From: a virus
Reading direction: 5' to 3' (one strand)
DNA length: 64,000 bases
IMG/VR virus record: IMGVR_UViG_3300031578_000005
Location: 64,514 to 128,513 of that record
Part shown: positions 1 through 9,711 of the stretch, piece after piece
Numbering within the stretch: the first letter of the stretch is position 1
Layout of the letters: every line of letters begins with the position of its first letter
Position numbers and translations under genes: made by a program
The notes under the pieces: generated by a model
Told to the model about the DNA's origin: nothing
The model's database searches: none
The model's input: only the letters and a program-made list of their open reading frames with translations

Positions 1-2
1 AA

Positions 3-620
3 TGTGAACATGGGCATAAATGGAAAGCATCTCCAAATCAAATTAAATCAAATAAAACTTGGTGTCCAATATGTTTTAAGAATAAAACTATGAAAACTAT
101 TGAAGACGCTCACAATCTTGCAAAATTAAGAGAAGGTGAATGCTTAAGCAATAAATATATTAATGTTTTTCATAATCTAAAATGGAAATGTAATAAAGGG
201 CATGAGTGGAAGGCTGCATTTCATAATGTTGAGTCAGGTAATTGGTGTCCTATATGCAGAGAGTCTCGTGGCGAAAATAAAATTGCAACATTTTTAAGAA
301 AAAATAATATTCAATTTGAAAGACAAAAAACATTTGAAGAATGTAAAAACATTAGAAAATTACCATTTGATTTTTATTTGCCGAAATATAATATTTTGAT
401 TGAATTCGATGGTGAACAGCATTTTAATCCCAATTGTTATCATAATAAAAAATATGAGTTTTCGAAAATTAAAAATAATGACAATACTAAAACTAATTTT
501 TGTACTAGGAATAATATAATTTTAATTAGAATAAAATATGATGAAAAAAATATAGATAATTTTTTGTCAGAAAAATTTATTACTAATTTTATTGATGATG
601 ACGATAAAAATCAAAAATAA
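3..620 (+). CDS. Zinc-ribbon repeat + PD-(D/E)XK/Vsr-like (DUF2726/DUF559-like) putative homing endonuclease; 5' end truncated by window
   Basis: Frame open from nt 3 (CEHGHKW..WCPIC). Repeated C-x-x-GHxW...WCPxC units and C-terminal LPFDFYLP..LIEFDGEQHF motif. Confidence 0.75.
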   Translation, partial: CEHGHKWKASPNQIKSNKTWCPICFKNKTMKTIEDAHNLAKLREGECLSNKYINVFHNLKWKCNKGHEWKAAFHNVESGNWCPICRESRGENKIATFLRKNNIQFERQKTFEECKNIRKLPFDFYLPKYNILIEFDGEQHFNPNCYHNKKYEFSKIKNNDNTKTNFCTRNNIILIRIKYDEKNIDNFLSEKFITNFIDDDDKNQK

Positions 621-641
621 CTACAACTTATTTTATAATTA

Positions 642-669
642 AAGGGATGCCACATGACATCCCTTTTTT
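642..669 (+). terminator. Intrinsic terminator
   Basis: aagggatg-loop-catccctt followed by T-run. Confidence 0.6.
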
Positions 670-811
670 GTTAATTCTTTATTAACTAAACAGTTAAAAA
701 AAACGAAAAAATTATTTTAAAATTATATACAAAATTTCTTTAATGTCTTGTATTTATTGAAACTAATCAATAAGTTTGTAAAAATAATTTTTATAAAAAT
801 TAATAAAAAAA

Positions 812-3442
812 ATGAATGAAAAAAATCAAAAAAGTTATTCTTTAAATGAAATAAGAAAAGCAACGTTAGAATATTTTAACGGAGATGATTTAGCTACTGA
901 TGTATGGATAAAAAAATATTGTTTAAAGGATGATAAAAATTATTATGAATTAACTCCCGATGATATGCATCGAAGACTTGCCAAAGAAATTGCAAGAATA
1001 GAACAAAAATACAAAAATCCTCTTACCGAAGAAGAAATCTACGCAACACTTAGGAATTTTAAACGAATCGTACCACAAGGATCGCCAATGTCAGGTATTG
1101 GAAATGATTTTCAGGTAGTTTCACTAGGAAATTGCTTTGTTATTGGCTATAAAGCCGATTCTTATGGTGCCATTATGAAAGTCGATGAAGAACAAGCACA
1201 ATTAATGAAAAGAAGAGGTGGTGTTGGACATGATTTATCATATATTCGTCCAGCGGGCACCCCAGTAAAAAATAGCGCAATAACAAGCACAGGTATTGTT
1301 CCTTTTATGGAAAGATATTCAAATACGACAAAAGAAGTGGCACAGGATGGTCGTCGTGGTGCATTGATGTTGTCAATCTCAATAAATCACCCGGATTCTG
1401 AAGCATTTATTGATGCAAAAATGACCCAAGGAAAAATTACTGGAGCAAATATTTCGGTAAAAATTCACGATGATTTTATGAGAGCAGTTTTAACCGAGCA
1501 AGATTATTATCAAACATTTCCAATTAATTATGATATTTCTAGTTATACTGACCGGTCAAATCATCAATATAATGTACTAGAAGAACATGTATTTGGCGAC
1601 GATATTGTTTATATAAAACGTATTGATGCCAAAAAACTCTGGAATAAAATTATACACAACGCTTGGAAATCGGCAGAACCGGGAATATTATTTTGGGACA
1701 CATTAACCACAGAATCAGTACCATCTTGCTATGGTGTTGAGTTTGAGGAAGTTAGCACAAATCCTTGTGGCGAGCTTCCATTAACACCATATGATAGTTG
1801 TCGATTATTAGCAATAAATTTATTTGGATACGTTATAAATCCATTTACTCCCGAAGCCAGTTTTAATTGGGGTTTATTTAAAGCGGATGCAGTAATTGCC
1901 CAACGTTATATGGATGATATAATTGATTTAGAACTGGAAAAAATTGATAAAATCTTAGAAAAAATCGAGAATGATTCAGAATCAAATGAAATTAAAACCG
2001 TTGAGAAAAACTTGTGGTTAAAGTTTAAAGAAAAGGCCATTCAAGGTCGTCGTACCGGTCTAGGAATAACGGCAGAAGGTGATATGCTTGCTGCATTAGG
2101 ACTTAGATATGGAACAGATGAGGCAACTAACTTCGCAGAAGAAGTACATTTGCAATTAAAATTATGCGCTTATCGATCATCAGTTATATTAGCCAAAGAA
2201 CGTGGTGCATTTCCAATTTATAGTTCAACAAATGAATTAAATAATCCATTTATCAAAAGAATTGCTGAAGAAGATTTGGAACTATATCAAAGCATGATTA
2301 TTTATGGCCGTAGAAATATTGCTTTACTAACAATTGCTCCGACTGGAACTGTGAGCCTTATGACGCAAACAACTTCAGGAATTGAATCGGTTTTCTTACC
2401 CGTTTATAAACGTAGACGTAAAATTAATTCACAAGAGAAAAATATTAAAATTGACTACGTTGATGATGAAGGTATTGCTTGGCAAGAATATGCAGTATTT
2501 CATCATAAATTTGAAATGTGGCTAGAAATAAATGGATATGACGTTAATGTTGTTAAATCTATGACAGATGAGCAACTAAATGAGATTATAAAAAAATCTC
2601 CATACTATAAAGCAGCATCAAATGATGTTGATTGGATTAAAAAGGTCGAAATGCAAGGCAAAATTCAAAAACATATTGATCATTCAATTTCAGTTACAGT
2701 TAATTTACCTAAAGACGTTAGTGAAGAAATTGTCTCCAATGTTTATGAAACTGGATGGAAAAGTAAATGTAAAGGAATTACAGTTTATCGTGATGGTAGC
2801 CGTTCAGGAATATTAATTTCAGATAATGATAAAAAAGAAAAAGAAAAAATGGATGCATTACATGATATTCATGCACCAAAACGTCCAAAAAGATTAAAAG
2901 CGGAAATTCATCGTTTTCAAAATAATTTGGAAAAATGGATTGCCGTTGTTGGGATTAAAGATGGAAGACCTTATGAAATATTTACTGGTGTAAATGCTAA
3001 TGGATTAACTAATTTACCAACTAATATTAAAGAATGCGAAGTAGTAAAAAATATAATCGAGACCGATGATTTAAATGAAAAGGGCGATAAAATTAAAATC
3101 AAAAGATATGATATTGAATATATTGATAGTGATGGTATAAAGCAAATTCATACTGGTTTAAATCATGCATTCAATCCTGAATTTTGGAATTACGCTAAAT
3201 TAATATCTGGAATTTTGAGACATGGTATGCCTATAGTATATGCCTATGAATTGGTTGATTCACTTAATTTTAAAGAAGACTATATTAATACATGGAAAAA
3301 TGGTGTTGCACGTGTTATTAAAAAGTTCATTAAAGAAGGTGAAAAAACAAAAGGTAAATGCCCTGAGTGTGGTGGTGAAGATTTTGAATTTAAAGAAGGG
3401 TGTTTATTATGTCAAAAATGCGGGTGGTCAAAATGTTCCTAA
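812..3442 (+). CDS. nrdJ: Adenosylcobalamin-dependent (class II) ribonucleotide reductase with C-terminal TSCPD-like and zinc-ribbon domains
   Basis: TNPCGELPL catalytic motif, NCFV, GLGITAEGDML, TIAPTGT, KGITVYRDGSR, terminal CPECG..EGC..C..CGWSKC. Confidence 0.9.
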   Translation: MNEKNQKSYSLNEIRKATLEYFNGDDLATDVWIKKYCLKDDKNYYELTPDDMHRRLAKEIARIEQKYKNPLTEEEIYATLRNFKRIVPQGSPMSGIGNDFQVVSLGNCFVIGYKADSYGAIMKVDEEQAQLMKRRGGVGHDLSYIRPAGTPVKNSAITSTGIVPFMERYSNTTKEVAQDGRRGALMLSISINHPDSEAFIDAKMTQGKITGANISVKIHDDFMRAVLTEQDYYQTFPINYDISSYTDRSNHQYNVLEEHVFGDDIVYIKRIDAKKLWNKIIHNAWKSAEPGILFWDTLTTESVPSCYGVEFEEVSTNPCGELPLTPYDSCRLLAINLFGYVINPFTPEASFNWGLFKADAVIAQRYMDDIIDLELEKIDKILEKIENDSESNEIKTVEKNLWLKFKEKAIQGRRTGLGITAEGDMLAALGLRYGTDEATNFAEEVHLQLKLCAYRSSVILAKERGAFPIYSSTNELNNPFIKRIAEEDLELYQSMIIYGRRNIALLTIAPTGTVSLMTQTTSGIESVFLPVYKRRRKINSQEKNIKIDYVDDEGIAWQEYAVFHHKFEMWLEINGYDVNVVKSMTDEQLNEIIKKSPYYKAASNDVDWIKKVEMQGKIQKHIDHSISVTVNLPKDVSEEIVSNVYETGWKSKCKGITVYRDGSRSGILISDNDKKEKEKMDALHDIHAPKRPKRLKAEIHRFQNNLEKWIAVVGIKDGRPYEIFTGVNANGLTNLPTNIKECEVVKNIIETDDLNEKGDKIKIKRYDIEYIDSDGIKQIHTGLNHAFNPEFWNYAKLISGILRHGMPIVYAYELVDSLNFKEDYINTWKNGVARVIKKFIKEGEKTKGKCPECGGEDFEFKEGCLLCQKCGWSKCS

Positions 3443-3462
3443 TTTAATTCACATTTAATATT

Positions 3463-3499
3463 AAAAACTCTTGGAGATGTCCGGGAGTTTTTTATTTTT
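3463..3499. terminator. Probable terminator between convergent genes
   Basis: aaaactcttgga-gatg-tccgggagtttt hairpin plus T-run. Confidence 0.55.
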
Positions 3500-3670
3500 A
3501 CCTGAAATTTTATTGTAAATTAAATACTGAAATATGAAAGACTGGTTTGAAAGTAAAGGTCTTAAGGTTTTGACATACCAAACAGACACAATCGAAAAAG
3601 TTAATGAAAGTTTAAAATATGGGTAAGTATAGAGTAAAGATAACAGTAGCAGTTGACCCAAAAACTCAAG

Positions 3671-4594
3671 TTAATTAATTAATCCATTATTAAGTTCATT
3701 AACAATATTTTGTTTATAATTTATACGCATTAATTTAATATTGTTTTCAATACAAAACTTATTTTTAATTTCATCATGTTTTTGAATTAATATTAAATTG
3801 TCCACGCCCCCCCAAATCTTTTTAGGTATGAAATGTTGACTACCATCAAATTCAATACATATGTTATATTCGGGTAAATAAAAATCGAAAGGTAATGATC
3901 TATTATCTTTACATTCATCGAATCTCATTTGTTCTACAAAATTAATATTTTTTTCATTTAAATATTTAATTATAGTTAATTCACCCTTAGATTTTCTACA
4001 ATTAGGACAACCACTGTTATTATGAATAAAATTACGGTAGACTGGATTCCATGTAAAATTACAATGAATACACTTAACATTCAACCTAACCTTTGCTCCA
4101 GAATACGAGCCACCAATAAAACCATTAAATTTATATTTTTTTTCACTACATATTTTATTAATAACATTAATTGCCGATTCTTCTGACCTCATTAAGGTAT
4201 TACCACATACTGGACAACCACTATTTTTAATAACGAAATTATTATAGTTTGGTTGCCAAATATGTCCGTCTTTTAAACATTTAACATTAAATTTAGATTT
4301 TGTATTAATTTTTTCATTATTGAAACCAATAAATTCAAAATTTTTATCTGAACAAATTTTAATAATATCTGATTTAATTACATCCTTTGTTTTCTTTATT
4401 GTATTAGAGCATTTGGGGCATCCTGTTTTTTTTGAAATAAATGAAACATATGTGGGTTGCCAGATATGTAAATCTTTATTACATTGTAACATTAATTTAC
4501 TTTTATTATTTTTATAGGTATTATTAACAAAACCTAAAAATGTGTAATTCATTTCCTCACACCTATCATTTATTTTATTTATTATATTATCCAT
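3671..4594 (-). CDS. Zinc-ribbon repeat + PD-(D/E)XK/Vsr-like putative homing endonuclease
   Basis: Three C...HIWQP...GCPxC-type repeats and LPFDFYLPEYNICIEFDGSQHF; paralog of 3..620. Confidence 0.75.
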   Translation of the reverse strand: MDNIINKINDRCEEMNYTFLGFVNNTYKNNKSKLMLQCNKDLHIWQPTYVSFISKKTGCPKCSNTIKKTKDVIKSDIIKICSDKNFEFIGFNNEKINTKSKFNVKCLKDGHIWQPNYNNFVIKNSGCPVCGNTLMRSEESAINVINKICSEKKYKFNGFIGGSYSGAKVRLNVKCIHCNFTWNPVYRNFIHNNSGCPNCRKSKGELTIIKYLNEKNINFVEQMRFDECKDNRSLPFDFYLPEYNICIEFDGSQHFIPKKIWGGVDNLILIQKHDEIKNKFCIENNIKLMRINYKQNIVNELNNGLIN

Positions 4595-4841
4595 TTTTTA
4601 TTAATATTTTATTTTCAACATCCATTTTCATTAAATATTTAATTCTTGTTGATATTTTCATTTGCATTTCAGATGCTTTTTTAGAAAAACTATTTTTTAA
4701 TTCATCATCAATTTTAATTAATATTGTTTTTGTTTGCCGATTCATAATAATCATTTTTTATAAATACTAAAAATATTTTGAAAAGTATATACTTTATAAT
4801 AAATAAATATATATATTTGCTAATATATTAATTATAAATTT

Positions 4842-7106
4842 ATGCTAATGAAAAAACATGTAAAATTTGATGAGAATTTTAATCTCATTGCTCAGGAAAT
4901 TAACAGTAAGACAACTATTGAAGTAGTTAAGAGTGTGAACCACATCATCATTATTGATGTTAGTGGGTCGATGTCATGGGATTTACCTGAAATTAGAAAA
5001 AATCTAAAAAACAAAATTTCTAATTTAATTAAAGGTGAAGATGACACAATTTCAATTATTTGGTTTTCGGGTAGAAATGATGCTGGTATTTTAAAAGAAG
5101 AGATTCATGTGAACTCACTTAAACAGCTTAACGACTTAAATGATGCGATTGATAAATATTTAAAACCAGTTGGTTTAACTGCATTTACTAAACCATTAGA
5201 ACTTGCTAATGATATTATTGAACGTATTAGTAAAAATAATCAAGATGGATTGTTTTCGTTAATTTTTATGACTGATGGTTATTCTAATAACGACATTTCA
5301 TGGAATAACGTTAGAAACGCAGTAAAAGAAATATCACCTAAACTATCATCATCATTAGTTGTAGAATATGGGCATTATTGCGATACAAGAAAACTCATTG
5401 AAATTAGTGAACTTTTAGGGGGGGAGAAAATTGATTGCACTGGGTTTGAGGAATATGACATAGTAATTGCTAAGGGATTCACAAAAAAATTAAGTGGTGG
5501 TAAAAAGGTTGTTGTTGAAATAACCGATAAGCATCTATTTGATTTTGCATTTTCAATTGATAATGATGGTAGTGTTTTGGTATATAATATCACAGACAAT
5601 AAGATTATGGTTGGTGATAATGTTAATGAAATACATTTTTTCAGTGATAATGCTATTGGTGATGAAAATAATCATCAACACACAGCTTTATATGCAGCAA
5701 TTTACTTACTTTCCGAACGATTCATGTCTGATGAAGCTGAAAAGGTATTTTACTCATTAGGTGATAATCATTATTATAAAATGTTATCCAATGCATTTGG
5801 AAAACAAAAGCTCAATGAATTTAAAACAGCAATTAAAGAATGTGTTGCTGATGTATCAAAAAGATTTCCAGATGGTATTGCTAAAATTCAACCAGTTAGT
5901 GATAATGCTTATTGTTTAATGAATCTTATTGAAGATTTGGGTAATATCGACAATTGTTTATTTTATCCTAATCATCCTGATTTTACTTATAATCGAATTG
6001 GTAGGAAAAAAATTGCTGTTGGCTCAACACTAACGGATGCAGATAAACAAAGACTTAATGAAGCCAAAAATATTGATGAGGCTTCGACCATACTTAAAGA
6101 ACTCGAAGAAAAGAAAGTCGATATTAAATTCATTAACTCCAATCCAGATAGAGGTTATTCATTAACTGATTTGGTTTGGAACGATTCTCGTTCCAATCTA
6201 AGTGTTCGAATTTATATTGAAGGTGAAGCAATTTTACCAAAAAATAATTTCAATATTGAAAAGGTTGCTTCATTCAAATATAATACATTTACTTTAATTA
6301 AAGATGGTATCGTAAATGTTGAAAAACTACCAGTAAATTATTCATTGGAATTAATTTCTTTATTAAAGGCAAATGGTGTTAAATATGAGATTTATACAGC
6401 AAAGGATAACTTTGACAATACCGTTGTTATTGATCTTTCAAGTCTGCCTATCATTAACAGAGGCATGGTAAAGTCAATTTCAGCAAATGATTTGGCAAAT
6501 AAGGAATGGAACTTAATTAAATTACAGGGGGATAAAAAGGTATATGATTATTACAAAAAATCGTTATTTCCTAAAACAAGTAAATCTTTTACTGAATTAC
6601 TTGGTCAAGAAGCTGCTGATTGGTTAAAGGAAATAGGAATTACCGATTTTAATGGGTTTGCACCCAAAGTAACTTCCGCAGAAGCTACTGATTTTTATAT
6701 GTCAGTTAATCTCACAACAAAAATCAAGGGATTGTCGAGTCTACCAAAAGTAGAAGATGTTGTAGCTAAAATTAAGGACAAAAAGCCATTAAAATTAAAT
6801 GAATGGATTATGTCTGATGCAATCATTAAATATAATTCTCAATTGGAATCTGATATGTATAAATCACTTTCAGCAGAACAACAATTGGGCGTATTAAAAA
6901 CATATTTGGAAACTAAATCTGCTATGCTTAATAAAAAACGAAGAAAAGTTTTGCAGGAGATTGCAGAAATTAAATTCGCTTTGATTCTCAGCAAACGAAA
7001 TTTTATTGAATTTAAAACGTTTGATGAAAACACACTCAACATTAAATTAGATGATCAGGAGCTAACATTTACTTTCGAATTTAGTGAAAAAGAAGAAAAG
7101 ATATAA
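4842..7106 (+). CDS. von Willebrand factor A (VWA) domain protein
   Basis: MIDAS DVSGSM, GLTAF and FMTDG motifs in N-terminal part; upstream TATATTTG Bacteroidota-type promoter. Confidence 0.75.
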   Translation: MLMKKHVKFDENFNLIAQEINSKTTIEVVKSVNHIIIIDVSGSMSWDLPEIRKNLKNKISNLIKGEDDTISIIWFSGRNDAGILKEEIHVNSLKQLNDLNDAIDKYLKPVGLTAFTKPLELANDIIERISKNNQDGLFSLIFMTDGYSNNDISWNNVRNAVKEISPKLSSSLVVEYGHYCDTRKLIEISELLGGEKIDCTGFEEYDIVIAKGFTKKLSGGKKVVVEITDKHLFDFAFSIDNDGSVLVYNITDNKIMVGDNVNEIHFFSDNAIGDENNHQHTALYAAIYLLSERFMSDEAEKVFYSLGDNHYYKMLSNAFGKQKLNEFKTAIKECVADVSKRFPDGIAKIQPVSDNAYCLMNLIEDLGNIDNCLFYPNHPDFTYNRIGRKKIAVGSTLTDADKQRLNEAKNIDEASTILKELEEKKVDIKFINSNPDRGYSLTDLVWNDSRSNLSVRIYIEGEAILPKNNFNIEKVASFKYNTFTLIKDGIVNVEKLPVNYSLELISLLKANGVKYEIYTAKDNFDNTVVIDLSSLPIINRGMVKSISANDLANKEWNLIKLQGDKKVYDYYKKSLFPKTSKSFTELLGQEAADWLKEIGITDFNGFAPKVTSAEATDFYMSVNLTTKIKGLSSLPKVEDVVAKIKDKKPLKLNEWIMSDAIIKYNSQLESDMYKSLSAEQQLGVLKTYLETKSAMLNKKRRKVLQEIAEIKFALILSKRNFIEFKTFDENTLNIKLDDQELTFTFEFSEKEEKI

Positions 7107-7125
7107 TTTGCATTAACATTACAAT

Positions 7126-7160
7126 TAAAATCCTCAAATATAATTATTTGAGGATTTTTT
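7126..7160 (+). terminator. Intrinsic terminator
   Basis: aaaatcctcaaata...tatttgaggatttt + T-run. Confidence 0.65.
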
Positions 7161-7443
7161 ATTTTAAGATGTGATGATGTTAGCTTAACATATGTCATAT
7201 ATTATTCAAGTAATTAGATATAAACAAATATATATGATACATTTATTGTTGCAAACATTTACAGTTATAGTTATATTTAGCACAACCATTAATATTTGTC
7301 TGGTTAATGGTTGTGCTATTAAACTTAATGCTAATTTAGTCTTCTATGAAGAAAAAGATTCAATAATATTTAATCGTAATATATTGACAACCAGAGTAAA
7401 TTAATTATTATTATAAAATAATTTAAAAAAAGTTTGCAGATAT

Positions 7444-7472
7444 TGTAACATTTACTAACTTTGTTACGTATT
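7444..7472 (+). promoter_or_regulatory. ECF-type promoter at head of tRNA region
   Basis: TGTAAC-17nt-CGTATT, same motif as the 29-58 kb array. Confidence 0.6.
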
Positions 7473-7506
7473 TAGATGAAACGAATTAAGAAAATTGAAT
7501 AATTTT

Positions 7507-7632
7507 ATGAAAACATTAACGATAAATATAAACATTTCTACATCGACATCAAGTCGCATTGGAGACTCTATATTCTGTTCAAATTTTAATGGCAGAATTG
7601 GAAACATTTTATCGGGTTTTAGTTTTTATTAA
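7507..7632 (+). CDS. 41-aa putative leader peptide (attenuator)
   Basis: MKTLTININISTSTSSRIGDSIFCSNFNGRIGNILSGFSFY*. Its 3' end (tcgggtttt) is complementary to the 5' arm of the downstream terminator. Confidence 0.55.
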   Translation: MKTLTININISTSTSSRIGDSIFCSNFNGRIGNILSGFSFY

Positions 7633-7655
7633 ATATAAAAGCACTAAATAAATTC

Positions 7656-7687
7656 AAAACCCGAATTCAAAAGATTCGGGTTTTTTT
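7656..7687 (+). terminator. Attenuator-type intrinsic terminator
   Basis: aaaacccgaat-tcaaaag-attcgggtttttt. Confidence 0.7.
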
Positions 7688-7828
7688 GTGATTATAATTT
7701 AAATGTGAATTGAAAAATTCACAAAGTTCATTGACATACTGGTTTTTGGTAATCAAATAAAACTACCTGCTCGTGGTGATTACCGCACAATTAATTAATA
7801 TTAATTGACTAAATGTTTTATGTTATAT

Positions 7829-7917
7829 ATCGGAATGCTTGAGTGGTTTAAAAGCGTGGTCTGCAAAACCAATGGTAATCAATGAATTACACGTGAGTTC
7901 GAATCTCATTTCCGATT
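7829..7917 (+). tRNA. tRNA-Cys(GCA) with long variable arm
   Basis: Acceptor atcggaa/ttccgat, anticodon loop ctGCAaa, T-loop ttcgaat, U73. Confidence 0.75.
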
Positions 7918-7962
7918 CAAAGTTAATTTAAGTTTAAACTATTTATGTAAAATGTTATTAAC

Positions 7963-8571
7963 ATGATACCAATATTATATACAAAAAGAATTAAATCATT
8001 AATTAAAGAGGAATTAAATAGGCTTATTGTTGAAGTTTTTGAAGGTGAATTGAATACAAATTATCAAGAACTATCACAAAAATATGATACATATAATGTA
8101 ATTACATATAGGTTTGAAACCAATTCAAAAACCTCATATGATTTGGAATTTATTTTTAATTATGTTTTAGGTAATGAAAAAATGTCTGATGGTTCAGAAC
8201 TATATACACACATATTAAACATGAAACGTACTGATTACATGGAAAGTATTGATATTGGATTTACATTAAGTGATAGAATCAATAATTTTGGTTTAGATTC
8301 TATCGAAGCTAATGAATTTACAAAGAATTCAAATAAGAACGAACCAATCGAATTAATGGGTCGTATTAGCTATTTAATTAAAATGTTTATAAATTCTAAT
8401 GAGAATATCAATATTTTTATTGTCGGTAAAAATACTGATAGGAGTAAATTAAAAATTTACAGAACAATATTTAAAAATATCTTTAGCAATAATTTCATCC
8501 TTTTAGAAGGTGAGCATCATGGCTATAATGATGGTGCTTTATATTTCATAAAGAAAACAATATTGACTTAA
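7963..8571 (+). CDS. Hypothetical phage protein (N-terminal LIKEELNRLIVE motif)
   Basis: 202-aa ORF preceded by TATTTAT motif. Confidence 0.6.
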   Translation: MIPILYTKRIKSLIKEELNRLIVEVFEGELNTNYQELSQKYDTYNVITYRFETNSKTSYDLEFIFNYVLGNEKMSDGSELYTHILNMKRTDYMESIDIGFTLSDRINNFGLDSIEANEFTKNSNKNEPIELMGRISYLIKMFINSNENINIFIVGKNTDRSKLKIYRTIFKNIFSNNFILLEGEHHGYNDGALYFIKKTILT

Positions 8572-8743
8572 AATATTAAAGTCTGTGTTTTGCATATATT
8601 GCTATAATATGTAGATTATTGCAAAACATAAACAGTTATTAATATGCTAGTGTTGCTTTAATGGTTTCATATTTAAATTTTATTATAAAAACTCGAAAAT
8701 TTAATTTCGAATCATTATTTGTGCACAAAAATAAAAACTATTT

Positions 8744-8816
8744 GGACATATAGCTACAATGGTAGAGCGTCATCCTGTTAAGTTGAAAGGTCTTGGTTCG
8801 AATCCAAGTATGTCCT
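8744..8816 (+). tRNA. tRNA-Asn(GTT)
   Basis: ggacata/tatgtcc acceptor, loop ctGTTaa, ttcgaat T-loop. Confidence 0.75.
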
Positions 8817-8826
8817 CATTTTAATT

Positions 8827-8900
8827 ATCCGTGTATATCAATTGGTTAGATGAACACCCTGATAAGGTGTGGGTTGGTGGTTCAAGTCCACCCTCGGATA
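8827..8900 (+). tRNA. tRNA-Ile(GAT)
   Basis: acacc-ctGATaa-ggtgt anticodon arm, ggtgg-ttcaagt-ccacc T-arm. Confidence 0.8.
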
Positions 8901-8915
8901 CAAAATAAAAATAAT

Positions 8916-8989
8916 GCAGGTAACGCATAAATGATGGTGCACCAGTTTACCAAACTGGAATAGAGTCGGTTTGATTCCGATTACCTGCT
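8916..8989 (+). tRNA. tRNA-Gly(ACC), rare A34 anticodon
   Basis: gcaggta/tacctgc acceptor, ccagt-ttACCaa-actgg, U73. Confidence 0.7.
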
Positions 8990-9052
8990 CATTTACAATT
9001 AGTTGAAAATACATTTAGAATGTATTAAAATGAGTTTTGGCTCATTAACATT

Positions 9053-9157
9053 TTATCGTTGACGGAGTGGATTAACGTTGATACGATACTAAAGTCTGAG
9101 AGTGATAGTACGTTATCAATACTCAAGGACTCATGGGTTCGAATCCTGTACGATAAT
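9053..9157 (+). ncRNA. tRNA-like RNA with elongated anticodon arm (isotype undetermined)
   Basis: ttatcgt/acgataa acceptor, D-loop with GG, atggg-ttcgaat-cctgt T-arm, ~40-nt hairpin in place of anticodon arm. Confidence 0.5.
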
Positions 9158-9163
9158 TATTAC

Positions 9164-9256
9164 GGTAGAGTACTCAAATTGGTAAAGAGGTTTGTCCTGA
9201 AAACAAATAGGTCGTGTGATGAGCATGATGCGTGGGTTCGAACCCCACTTCTACCT
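9164..9256 (+). tRNA. tRNA-Ser(TGA)
   Basis: tttgt-ccTGAaa-acaaa, long variable arm, gtggg-ttcgaac-cccac. Confidence 0.8.
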
Positions 9257-9268
9257 CAAACAATTTAA

Positions 9269-9497
9269 CCTGCAAGTTATTTTGTTTCTCATACAATACT
9301 ATAAACAAGTTGTTATTGCAGTAATGAATTGATGTAAAGTATGTGTAAATTTTGGGTTGCATAAGAGGCTTTATTTTAATGTTCTGTGGATTGTTGTATT
9401 ATACCCGTGGTTGGCAACTCGGAAAATAAGAAAACATTTGAGAGACATTATTATACTTGTAAAATGGTATTGAATAAGTGAGTAGGAGGCTCACCCC
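9269..9497 (+). ncRNA. Candidate structured ncRNA between tRNAs
   Basis: No credible ORF. Long-range complementarity tgcaagt/acttgta and tgtttctc/gagagaca; terminal gtgag..ctcac hairpin. Confidence 0.3.
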
Positions 9498-9521
9498 AAA
9501 ATTTTTAATTTATTATTAAAT

Positions 9522-9596
9522 AGAGATGTAGCTGAGTAGGTTTAGCACCAGTTTGAAGGTCTGGGATTAACGTGGGTTCGATTCCCACCGTCTCTA
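9522..9596 (+). tRNA. tRNA-Phe(GAA)
   Basis: agagatg/cgtctct acceptor, loop ttGAAgg, gtggg-ttcgatt-cccac. Confidence 0.7.
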
Positions 9597-9711
9597 CACA
9601 AGGTCTTATGAATGTTATTAATTAAACATATTATATTGTTACAATTATATATTACATTATTTTTATGAATTATTTAGTATTTATATTAAATTCGTCTATA
9701 AGACATGAATT

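Noticed and set aside
812-3442. Intein or intron in the RNR gene
   Set aside because: Continuous ORF of normal length with no splice motifs seen; the flanking endonucleases are free-standing.
9059-9362. ORFs 9059..9268 and 9174..9362
   Set aside because: They overlap tRNA and tRNA-like genes; no coding signal.
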